This document shows, piece after piece, positions 52,315-64,000 of a stretch of 64,000 nucleotides of DNA; within the stretch, counting starts at the first letter, position 1; the number at the start of each line of letters is the position of its first letter. A program made the position numbers and the translations under genes. Source of the stretch: Eledone cirrhosa (taxonomy: Eukaryota); assembly GCA_964016885.1 (NCBI GenBank), contig OZ024746.1, positions 68,572,001 through 68,636,000 on the forward strand, given 5' to 3'. The notes below the pieces were generated by a model. The model was not told the DNA's origin. It did not search any database and was given only the letters and a program-made list of their open reading frames with translations.

Positions 52315-52930
52315 TTTAAAATTCCAGCTGCTGTAACTACTACAACAGTTGTCACTTACAATTGAGCATGACTTAGTAGTATGTACTATGCTTTTGCTAG
52401 GGGTTTTAGATGTCCATACAATAACCAGCAGACACACTTTTGGCACTCTCTTCCTTGATTCAGTGGAACATTCAGGATGTGACAGCTAGAACAAGGAGGG
52501 TACTTTTTTTATCGACCCTTAAAGGATGAAAGGCAAAGTGGACCTTGGCAGGATTTGAACACAGAACAGAGAGACAGGGAACAAATACCCAATGCTCTAA
52601 TGACTCTGCCAGTTGTTGGAATTTAACATTTCATTATATTGCTAAATTAGACAACAAAAGAGCAAGCTTCTATGCTATCACTCAACTTACTAAAGATAGT
52701 ACCACAAACTCACTCATGCCTCATCTTATTATCATCATCATCATCATTTTACATCCACTTTTCCATGCAAGCAGGGTTTGAGAGAAATGTTTTGAGATGT
52801 CCCTTTTCTGATGCCAACCCTTTTAATCTTCCTATACAACATATAGGGACATAGTCTTAAAAAAGCCATGAAGGAGACATTGAACAATGTAGTCCTGGAT
52901 ATAGTTCTAAAAATAAGATGTGTTGATCAT

Positions 52931-53383
52931 AATAATAATATAATAATAATAATATAATAATAATGAAATTATTGTGTAAAGTGCTCAGGTGCACTACAAC
53001 TCGTCAAAGGTGTATGTATTGTACATAGAATAATACACAAATGTCAGGGAAGTGAATAGTGTATGAGTCATGGTATACATGTGTGTATGTGTATGGAGGG
53101 GGAACATCAGGTGTAGTGTTGGCGGATCTCGGGAAGCATGGAGGCCTTAAAGGATGCAGTGTCTCGACAGCTAACAACCGATGCAGGTAGTTTGTTCCAT
53201 GGAGGCCTTAAAGGATGCAGTGTCTCGACAGCTAACAACCGATGCAGGTAGTTTGTTCCATGGAGGTTTTAAAGGATGCAGTGTCTCAACAGCTAACAAC
53301 CGATGCAGGTAGTTTGTTCCATGCTTCAGCAACTCTGAGCGTGAATGAAATTATTGTGTACAGTGCTCAGGTGCACTACAACT
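52931..53383 (-). mobile_element. CR1/L2-group LINE 3' end with internal 60-bp triplication and second tail fragment
   Basis: TLRVAEAWNKLPASVVSC...; atggaggccttaaaggatgcagtgtctcgacagctaacaaccgatgcaggtagtttgttcc x3. Confidence 0.85.
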
Positions 53384-53664
53384 GGTTGGAATATTTCTTG
53401 ATAGGTCTAAGCAACAATAACTTACATTGTTTTAAGCTAATAGGGAGCCTCTATGTGGTTTCTGAACTTACTAGGAATAACAAACAAATACCCTCAATTA
53501 CACCTTGTCATTTTCAAAAAGGAAAGGACACATTAGATAATGCAGTCCAAGATACCCATTAAGGCAGGATGGTCACAGCTGGACTGTCATTCACCATGGG
53601 TCTGCTTGGACTAGACTGACATGGAACTTGAACAACAAGAACAACAACAGAAATATATATATAT

Positions 53665-53790
53665 ATGAAAAGATTCAAGATCCCCCTCGGCTGAGCTCCG
53701 GCCGTTTCAACAACTTTCATATTATCCACTCTACTACCCCAAGTATCGAGTACTCTGGTGGGTTATGGTCCACCTGGTATCTTACCACAC
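53665..53790 (+). mobile_element. (TA)n-embedded tail fragment of the fold-back class
   Basis: Matches 4126-4190; contains gtatcgagtactc. Confidence 0.6.
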
Positions 53791-53810
53791 CCTCTCTGAT
53801 ATATATATAT

Positions 53811-53995
53811 AAATGGCTTCTACAGGACTAGAACTGTTTCATTCGGTAGAAATCATCTGGAGGCCCCTGTTGATTTCTACCAAATGAAACAGTTCTAGTC
53901 CTGTAGAAGCCATTTCTATATTAAATATGTATACTCTGCTATGTATTGAGTACCTTCCTTACTGTGGTTAGCCCCGATTGAACCCAGGATAAACA
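53811..53995 (+). mobile_element. Fold-back element FB7 (45-bp arms 53811-53855/53871-53915 plus tail)
   Basis: Inverted repeat between (TA)n tracts; degenerate ctgttga...gaaacagtt core; gtattgagtac in tail. Confidence 0.75.
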
Positions 53996-54010
53996 TATAT
54001 ATATATTCTA

Positions 54011-54046
54011 CTTTTGAAAAGCAGAAGAACTGCGAAACCGGTAAAG
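54011..54046 (+). ncRNA. Degenerate minimal hammerhead motif
   Basis: ctt-TTGAAAA-gcag-aagaa-ctgc-GAAA-CCGG-TA-aag: all three stems and palindromic stem III present, two core substitutions. Confidence 0.5.
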
Positions 54047-54180
54047 GAACCAAATAAATATATATATATTTGTTTAAAAATAAGACTCCAGTTGCATTTT
54101 CGATTTCATCTTTTTTTCTTTATACTTTCACTCGTGTAGAACACCTCGGTTATTTTTCATTTTGTAAAAAAAAACCTTAC

Positions 54181-54234
<54 letters not shown>

Positions 54235-55759
54235 CTAATGCTTTTGAGAATTGCATGAACAATAGATCCTCTCATTTCCTCCACAGCTGAAATTTCAGAT
54301 GTCATGGCTATGTAAGAAATACATGTTATAACAGAAACCTCTACAGAATGGCTACCAGCTTTGAAATATTGAAATAGAATTTTTAATTGCTTGTCATTGA
54401 AAATAAATATAGAAATTGCACTGGAAGCTAAAATTTTATATATTGTGAGAAATAAATAGTAATTAGATAATAGCAATGGAAATAATTAGCTAGGATTTGT
54501 ACGAAGATTTTTAATTACAATCAGTGATTGGTGACGAGAAATAAATTATTATGTTTACACAGCTATAAACAATTAACTATTTAAATTGTGTGAATTTAAA
54601 TTTTTTACTCCTGAGAAATTTATTAATGGTTTTTCAGAAATATATGTAAATTTTGTCTATGTGCATGAATAATTTATGTGTCCATAATAGTATGTATGTG
54701 CTTGTGATAGTATATATATTTATGTGTATGTGACAATATACATATGGTACATATGTATATGTGATAGATATGTGTCTTTATGGAATAGTATGTATACATA
54801 TATATATGCATGCAATAGTATATATGCAATGGTATTTATATGTAAGTGTTGATGTTTGAAAGCAAATGCTTTTATCTGTAAGATTGAGTTTATATGTCAT
54901 AATTCAATTTATTATAAAGAGGAGGCGATACATATTTAAGTAATAAAAATGTGTTTTACTATTTCCATTGTTTTCAACAATAATCGTAGCTAACACTTAA
55001 TATTTTTACCTGAACCTTGCATATAACCCTACTTTGGTTATTTCTGATGTTGAAAACGTTAGAAATCATCATCATCATTACCATTTAACATCCATTTTTC
55101 CACACTAGCCAGATCAGATGACCATGTTTTGCTCATACAGAACTGATTTTGGTTTGGTTTCTACTGCTGAATGCCCTTCCTTATGCCAACCACATTTACA
55201 GCATGGAATAGGTGCCTTTTATCATGAACTTTAAAATGTAATGTAGTTGTCATTAGGAAGGAAATCTAGCTGTAAAAACCAAGCCAAATACAAATCAGTA
55301 TGAGCATGATCTAGTCATCTGACCTGACTTCTTTCATAGTGTGACAGTCTGTCTAAACATGCAAGCATGGAAGATAGATATTAGATGATGAGGATGATAT
55401 TGTATATGGTTTCATATATGTCTCTATTATTAAATATTGCAAGGCATATTTTCCTGACTTCTAATTACTTTGCTAATTCACTGTTTTAAATAAGCTTGAT
55501 TTAATGAGAGTAGTGGCAACAAAATTGTATGAATGATGGAAGATGGGCTCCTGCCATATTTCATGGGAGTTGGACTGTATAATGCTATTGCAAAACTGCT
55601 ATAATAATTGATGGGTAAGAAGATTAGGATAGAAGAATGTTGCTGCCACATGATATTAAACAATTCTGTGGATCTCATTATTTGTAAAATCCAGTGAAAT
55701 ATACTGACAAGAAGAAAATGGAGAATGATAGATGCTGTCAAACTAAGGAATCTTTCCTT

Positions 55760-56180
55760 CTTTCCTCTTCTTCTTTGCCCACTTATTCCTGGGAAGATCG
55801 TGGAAGCAGACTCTTCTAACACTCCTTCCAGCAACTCCTGTCAGATGGAACTGTCTCCAATTAATCCGGCTGGATCCTAAAGCAAGACCATTTGAGCTCA
55901 TGGATGTTATCCAACCATCCTGCTTTGCGCCTACTCCGGGGTCTCCAACCAACTGGTTTTACTTATAAAACCTATCCAGTGATTCTTTCCTTAGACATTC
56001 TAACCATATCTGTAGTATCAGAGCTGTGATATCTTGATTTGGAGAAATAGTGGCTCTACCTGGAGCAACTCCCTGATCTATCTCAGAACTATGCACTCTA
56101 TCAAGTAACATTACCCCAAATACCCTTCACAGGAAACCCAGTCCGACTGCTTGTATTTGAGGTTGTATTCTTTTGGTCAT
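55760..56180 (-). mobile_element. Old RTE (Expander-like) LINE 3' remnant
   Basis: Minus strand IQAVGLGFL*RV.GV.LLDRV.SSEI...LQVEPL and GWRPRSRRKAGWLDNIHELKW...DRSCW. Confidence 0.7.
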
Positions 56181-56587
56181 TACACAAGCTGGAAGGTAAG
56201 AAGTCTCTATCCTGAGAATGTAGGAAATGACAAGAGATTTGTAGAAGAAAAATAAACTAATTTGATCACAGAAAACATGGCTGAATAAAGTTATCTTGGC
56301 CATCATAACCAGGGAGATTCATTAACATAATCCTCAGGCATATTCAGCATGACAGAGTTTGTGACAAAGCCAGTCATTTTGAATTATAATTGCAATACAT
56401 ACAATGGACGTCTGCACAGTTTCTGTCTGCCAAATTTTACTCATAAAACTTTGGTTTACCCAAGACTATTGTAGAATGTTTTTCTAAGATGTCCTGCAGT
56501 AGATTTGAACCAGAAACCACATTGTTGAGCAAACATCTTACCCACCCAGTCACATTCACATATGCATGGTTATGTAGTTAATATATG

Positions 56588-57243
<656 letters not shown>

Positions 57244-57260
57244 AATATATATATATATAT

Positions 57261-58255
57261 ATCATCATCATCATCGTTTAACGTCCATCTTCCACGCTAG
57301 CATGGGTTAGACAGAGTTGTCCCAATTTGAGGCAAGGTTGGTCGGGTGACCGTGTCTCGTTCATATAGGACTATCTGGCAGGTTTTCTATGGCTGGATGC
57401 CCTTCCTAACACCAACCACATTTACAGTGTTACCTACATGGCCACATTACAGCGTGGACTGGACTGTGTGTTTTTTTTGTCGTGATACCTACATGATCTC
57501 GATCTCATTTATTTGGACTGGATGTTCTGGTACCAACTTTACAGAGGGAGGGTGGTGTTGGTGGGAGTTGGAAGATGGAGTAGGGGTAGTGGATTGTGGT
57601 GTATATTTGGTTAAGAGGTGCCTACTGACTGTAGGTTTCGCTTTGTTCATAGGCAAGGCGGGTCTTCTGTGTGGCGCCAAAGATCTCGGTCCAGTGACAT
57701 TGTCTTAGAGAGGTGTAAGTGTGTAAGGTCATAATTTATCAAATCGTTCCAGGTTATTCTGGGTCTACCTACTCCGTAACTTCCATCAATTTTGATCGCT
57801 CTGCACTTTTTTATACAGCTGTCGTCTTTCATGCGCATCACGTGACCATACCAACATAGTGTTCTCTCAAGTAAACAGCATCTGATCCCTCTTATTCCTA
57901 ATTTCTCACTTAGTTCATTTATGCTTTGCCGTTCATTTATGCTTCATTCCTATCCAGTCTGCGCAGGTCCTCTGCACATAATGCCCATGTCTCTCTGCCA
58001 TGTAACATTGCTGTTCGTATACAGGCATCATACAATCTGCCTTTCATTTTTAGAGAGAAACCTTTTGTGGCCAACAGTGGTATAAGCTCTCTGAACTTTT
58101 TCCATCCCGTTCTGACTCTGGCTACTGTACTTTCAGAGCACCCTCCACTACTGCTGATTTTGTCACCCAGGTAACGGAAAGTGTCCACTATTTATATAGA
58201 ACCATCTGGGCAATAGAAAGGCACTTGCTACTTATTGCACCTGAGCATCGGCCAC
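57261..58255 (-). mobile_element. Longest RTE LINE fragment (RT C-terminus to 3' tail), disrupted
   Basis: FRYLGDKIS...ARVRTGWKKFREL...KGRLYDACIRTAMLHG.ETW, then WYGHVMRM...GRPRITW...DRDLWR and (GAT)n tail. Confidence 0.93.
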
Positions 58256-58263
58256 ATATGTAT

Positions 58264-58613
58264 ATCATCATCATCATCATCATCATCATTTTACATCCGC
58301 TTTTCTCTGCTTGCAAGGGTAGGACGGGAACTGATTCTGGCTTGATTTCTACAGCTGGATGCCCATCCTAACACCAACCTCATTTACAGTGAGTGCTGGG
58401 TGCTTTTTTTGCCGTGGCATCTACACGACCACTTTGCAGTGGAATAATAGGGACCCCAGTTCCTATCATCTCATTTCTACAGCTGAGTAAAGTGGAGCAA
58501 TGTGAAATAAAGTGTCTTGCTCAAGGAAACAACACATCACCCGGTCTGAGAATTGAACTCACAACCTTTCGTTTGCAAGGTCAATGCTCTAACCACTAAG
58601 CCATGTGCCTCCA
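58264..58613 (-). mobile_element. SINE family B
   Basis: Full-length consensus match. Confidence 0.93.
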
Positions 58614-58630
58614 TATATATATATATATAT

Positions 58631-58669
<39 letters not shown>

Positions 58670-60078
58670 AATATCAGTGGTAAGTTACAGTAACTCTATG
58701 CCCCTTACCTGTCTATAGTTACTCAATACATGTAACTCTGCATAATAATCATGTTTCCATAAAAAATGTCACTGTTGTATATATTCCCTTTCCCTCCTTT
58801 AATACACTCAAAGTTTAAACTAACCATGACAGTGCATACATAGTTTTTTTGTTTGAAAATAGAACAAAATTATATTTTAAAAAAAAGAAATAAAGAAAGA
58901 TACAAACAGGTATTTACAAAAAATAATTCCTATAATCTAATTCTCAATAAAGACATAAGATCCTAATCGTGAATAGTAATTTAATTAATTATCCAAATTA
59001 TTTCACTTAGAGTTAATTTAGCCAGTATATTTGAATGTAAATAGAGAAGCTTCTAAAGAGATTAATTCAGTCTAAATCAATTTGTTAAAACCTGTTATAC
59101 TTTTTTGAATATTTCATACTACTTTAATTTAATAAACAAATGTGGAGGTATTTAACATCTAAAAATATAAATTATAAATCAACTGATGTATATCTGTGCA
59201 AAAATAAAATAAATCCTTAATTTCGGATATCTTCAAGAAGGTGATATTTGAACTATTAAGTAAACTATAAGGCTAACACAAACCAATGATAGAGCTTCTT
59301 GGTAGGTGTTCAACTTGCTAGAAATAACAGCCAAATTTCCCTCAAAACTTACAAAAAATGATTGTGTGAGATGTTGTAGTCGTAGATCAGTGCTTCCCAA
59401 AGTGGGTTTAACAAAAACCCTAGGTTTATGCAAGAAATTTATGGGATTCTGCAAGATGAGAAATTTTTTAATAAAAGAATATTGTTTTACTTTTATATGA
59501 CTAAATTCTCTCTCTAAAACAATTTTTGTTTCGTTTTATGTCCTATCATGAAAATTAGGATAGAAACAATAGAAAGGTTATCTCTAAAATATAGGCATAG
59601 AATCTGTGATATTTGGGAAAAATTGAATAAGGTTTCAAGGATAAAATATGTTTGGGAAACAATTGTCCTTGATACAAAATATCTGATAAAAAAGTCAAAG
59701 CTAAAAGCCCCTTTCATCAAAGGTCTGCTCAATCAAAACTGACATGGCACTACACAACCTAACAATCAGCATGTTGCAAAAGCCAACAATGACGCCTCTA
59801 CATGGCAACTTATCTTGCTAGAAACAGTAGCTAACTCTCCATCAATTCACACCCTAACAAAGTGAAAGTCACATATGATCATCTAATCCTTACTACACTA
59901 TGTCAAAAAGAAAAAAAAACAGGATGATGAATGATCATGACTGAGGTACCTTTGATTGTATGACAACTCAATCATAACAAACATGGAACTACACAATCAA
60001 CCAACATGTTGTTGACTGATTTAAAATAGAAAACTTTATGTTCATACAAAGTACAATATTCTATTTGCTTCATTTATA

Positions 60079-60276
60079 TGAGAGTTGGTTGAAAAGTTCA
60101 TAGGCTGACCAAGATATTCTCATGGAATGACCAAATGAAGTTTAATTTTCAATATAGTCTTTGGAAAGAAACAATGCAGTTATTAATAAGATGAGTTGAA
60201 ATTAATGCATGCAAGATTTCACAGCTCCAGCATACATCCTTCATATTCAGCTGATGAACTTTTCAGCCTACCCTCA
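60079..60276. mobile_element. mariner-type MITE
   Basis: TA|tgagagttggttgaaaagttcat...atgaacttttcagcctaccctca|TA; solo terminus also at 25489-25506. Confidence 0.75.
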
Positions 60277-60598
60277 TATATAGGAAAAATAGCTAACATT
60301 TTAGATAAATAATTAAAGTAGATAACTTTTCTTTCTCATAAAAAAAACATAAAACAAAATGAAAAATTTTTCAATATAAAATCGATTTACAAGATTTTTA
60401 ATTAAAAACCAAGTTAGAAATGGTTAGATTTATATGTTAAAACATGCACTTAAATCACTTATATTCTATAATCTAGCTCATATCTTTGCATATATACTGT
60501 TACTCCCTCCTCACCTTTCTGTGTATGAGTATGTGTATCATCATCATCATCATCACCATCATCATTTAACGTCCATCTTCCATGCTAGCATGGGTAAT

Positions 60599-60957
60599 AT
60601 AATTGTTTCTAATTTTAGCACAAGGCCAGCAATTTGAAGGGACGGGGAAAGTCAATTAAATTGTCTTGACTGATACTTTATTTTATCAACTTTGGAAAGA
60701 TGAAAGGCAAAGTTGAGCTCAGAATGAAGAAAGTCATAAATAAATACCACAAAGCATTTTGTTTCTACTTTTGGCACAAGGCCAGCAATTTAAAGGGAAT
60801 GAGAAAGTCAGTTAAATCAACTCTATTGTATTACTGGTACTTTATTTTATTACCACCATAAGGAAGAAGGCAAAGTTAACCTCAGCAGGATTTGAACTCA
60901 GAACATAAAGGGACATAACTATATGCTGCAAAGTATTTTATCCAACGCCCTACTGAT
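60599..60957 (-). mobile_element. Dimeric SINE A-related element
   Basis: Two fused A-like monomers; inverted copy at 62583-62962. Confidence 0.85.
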
Positions 60958-60974
60958 ATATATATATATATATA

Positions 60975-61308
60975 TCATCATCATCATCATTTCATTTTAC
61001 GTCCACTTTTCCCTGCTTGCAAGGGTGGGACGGGAACTGATTCTAGCTTGATTTCTACAGCTGGATGCCCTTCCTAACACCAACCTCATTTACAGTGAGT
61101 GCTGGGTGCTTTTTTGCCGTGGCACCTCCACGACAAAATGATAGGGACCCCAGTCCCTATAATCTCATTTCTACAGCTGAGTAAACTGGAGCAACGTGAA
61201 ATAAAGTGTCTTGCTAAAGGAATCAACACATCACCCGGTCTCTGAGAATTGAACTCACAACCTTTCGATTGCAAGGCCAATGCTCTAACCACTAAGCCAT
61301 GTGCCTCC
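60975..61308 (-). mobile_element. SINE family B
   Basis: Consensus match with small indels. Confidence 0.92.
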
Positions 61309-61325
61309 ATATGTGTGTGTGTGTG

Positions 61326-61486
<161 letters not shown>

Positions 61487-61689
61487 TAAATGGAAAACTA
61501 TATTTATAAAACCATATTTATTTCATTATATATATTTCGGGGATATCATATTAACAATATGCTATGCCTTCATCAGACAAAATACAATATAAACAGTTTT
61601 ATAGATAAATATATTCGACATACCGTAATAAACATCAACTTCATTTGAAGAGGTTTACTCTAGCAGTAAATATATATATATATATATAC

Positions 61690-61908
61690 CCCTTTAACAT
61701 TTAAACTGGTATATCCGGCCAGAATTCTCTCACCTCTTTCTGTTTAAACCGGCTGTAACCAGCCACTCAGACTGATGTTAAGGTATTGTTCTCAAAATAA
61801 ATAACATCAAAATCTCATAGATTCAATATTATGTGAGATATTGTGTGAGGTAAAGCCATTACCATGAAAATATAATAGTAAATATAGAGTAATGTAAATG
61901 TTAAAGAG
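61690..61908 (+). mobile_element. piggyBac-type MITE family 1 (TTAA flanks absent)
   Basis: Body matches 23644. Confidence 0.85.
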
Positions 61909-61913
61909 ATATA

Positions 61914-62023
61914 TCATTATCATCATCATTTAACATCTATCTTCCACGTTTGCATGGGTTAGACGGGAATTGCCCCACTTGAGACAAGACTGATCAGGTG
62001 ACCATGTCTCACTCGTATAGGAC

Positions 62024-62024
<1 letters not shown>
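61914..62024 (-). mobile_element. RTE LINE extreme 3' tail
   Basis: Matches 57261-57372. Confidence 0.8.
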
Positions 62025-62093
<69 letters not shown>

Positions 62094-62096
<3 letters not shown>

Positions 62097-62437
62097 CACA
62101 TGGCTTAGTGGTTAGAGCACATTGGCCTTGCAATCGAAAGGTTGTGAGTTCAATTCTCAGGCCGGGTGATGTGTTGTTTCCTTGAGCAAGACACTTTATT
62201 TCACATTGCTCCAGTTTACTCAGCTGTAGAAATGAGATGATAGGGACTGGGTTCCCTATCATTCCACTGCAAAGTGGTCGTGGAGGTGCCACGGCAAAAA
62301 AGCACCCAGCCCTCACTGTAAATGAGGTTGGTGTTAGGAAGGGCATCCAGCTGTAGAAATCAAGCCAGAATCAGTTCCCGTCCCACCCTTGCAAGCAGGG
62401 AAAACGGGACGTAAAATGATGATGATGATGATGATGA
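62094..62437 (+). mobile_element. SINE family B
   Basis: Full-length consensus match. Confidence 0.93.
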
Positions 62438-62582
62438 TAAAGGCATTGAGGAAGTAGGGGAAAATCAATAATGAAACCAAAGTTAAAACTGAATCAACTG
62501 ATTAAGTATTTCCTAAAGTATGGTTCTTGAAGTATTACATCAGAAGTCTTGTAGACATTTTATTATGACTATCAATGAAAGA

Positions 62583-62962
62583 GGTGTATTGGCATTATCA
62601 GTAGAGCGCTGGACAAAATACTTTGCAGCATATAGTTATGTCCCTTTATATTCTGAGTTCAAATCCTGCTGAGGTTAACTTTGCCTTTCCTCCTTACGGG
62701 GGTGATAAAATAAAGTACCAGTAACACAATGGAGTCAGTTTCACTGATTTTCTCCTTCCCTTTAAATTGCTGGCCTTGTGCCAAAAGTAGAAACAAAATG
62801 CTTTGCGGTATTTATTTATGACTTTCTTCATTCTGAGCCCAACTTTGCCTTTCACCCTTCCGAGGTTGATAAAATAAAGTATCAGTCAAGTACTAGGACA
62901 ATTTAATTGACTTTCCTCCTCCCTTCAAATTGCTGGCCTTGTGCTAAAATTAGAAACAATTA
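62583..62962 (+). mobile_element. Dimeric SINE A-related element
   Basis: Reverse complement of 60599-60957, including the monomer junction. Confidence 0.85.
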
Positions 62963-64000
62963 TGACTATTAATGGAGTAACCCTAACTCTGTATAGTCAC
63001 TCAGTCTAAGAGAAATTTAGCAGCCAAATCTTTTTCAGACTTCACTAAGCTGTTCTAATCCTGGATAATTTCTTTATAAATATATCTGCTCAATCAGAGC
63101 TCATCTGGGGTTTTCACAACAACAAAGAACTCAATAACAATTAGCTGGACAAATACCTTGCAGTATTTAATTACATCCCTTTCAAATTCTGAGTTCAAAT
63201 TCTACCAATGGTGATTTTACATTTTATTTTGCAAGGATTGATTGATTAAATTGATTTCAGTCTTCGTTCCAAATATGTGGCATTGTGCCAGATTTAGAAG
63301 CCATTATTATTGAGAAGAAAAGAAAAAAATATGTTAATCAGAAGATAATTTAGAAAGTTATTCGAAATCAATTTACTGGCTTTATTCTTTGCAGAAGGAA
63401 ATATATATATGCATGCATTGCAATTTCTGTGCATACTAAACATGATCACACACATACACGTGTGTGTGTGTGTATGTATATGTGTATATTTATGTCATTG
63501 TGTGCGCGCATGTGTATGTGTGTGCACGTGTGTGTGTGTGTGTTTATATGCCATTGTGTGTAAAATGTTATATGTGAAGAATTACCTCGAATAAAATGTG
63601 CTATTTTATATTCCAAAATAGTTTTGTATGGACATTTCCAAGTTGGTTACCGTTTTTTTTTTACTTCATCTTTCCCAAAGTCTAACATGTTAAAAATGTC
63701 TATTTTCTTTCAACCTCAAGGAAGATGAATCAGAAAAGAAAATAAGCCAATGAAAACATTATTTTAATCATCTTACTTAATTTAAATGAATTTTCTATCC
63801 TGTTGTATACATTTCAGAATTTCAATTAATATTAGAATCTAATAATCTGTTGGCTTTTTTTTTCTGATAAAAATCAAAATACTTATAAATAATAGCCATG
63901 ATATGATACTAAGAGACCAATAAGCCATCAACTTTAAAGTAATTAGGTTGTAAAAGCTATAACAGCATCATAAAAGCATATTATATATCTATTGATTTCT

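Noticed and set aside
55478-55952. 118-aa and 69-aa ORFs as host genes
   Set aside because: They overlap, out of frame, a decayed RTE LINE 3' end
60251-60262. CTGATGA as a hammerhead core (also 12698-12704 and minus-strand 30282-30288)
   Set aside because: No stem II/GAAA/stem III/UH arrangement; the 60251 instance overlaps a mariner TIR

Overview
AT-rich, repeat-saturated animal genomic DNA (intronic or intergenic). The SINE/LINE complement and dense (TA)n/(CA)n/(CAT)n microsatellites suggest a coleoid cephalopod such as Octopus (inference, not searched). No intact protein-coding gene is supported. Nearly all listed ORFs are microsatellite read-throughs or LINE/transposase remnants; one candidate minus-strand exon lies at 30724-30829. 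Recognisable content: two young tRNA-derived SINE families, older SINE-like repeats, RTE/RTE-X and CR1/Jockey-group LINE fragments, piggyBac-type TTAA MITEs, Tc1/mariner MITEs and a decayed transposase, a Helitron-like repeat, and minisatellites. The main hidden signal is a set of about 8 mostly sequence-unrelated, (TA)n-associated fold-back (inverted-repeat) elements plus about 8 truncated relatives. Most carry type I hammerhead ribozyme motifs (CUGANGA...GAAA-palindrome-UH), several with unusually long or bulged stem II (two share a CAGAGTCAGGCC...GCTGATCRATA module). Most also have an unpaired 3' tail with a common RTATYGAGTRC-like motif. This fits Penelope-like retroelement pLTR derivatives or retrozyme-like elements. 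All structures were folded by eye and coordinates of diverged repeats are approximate.
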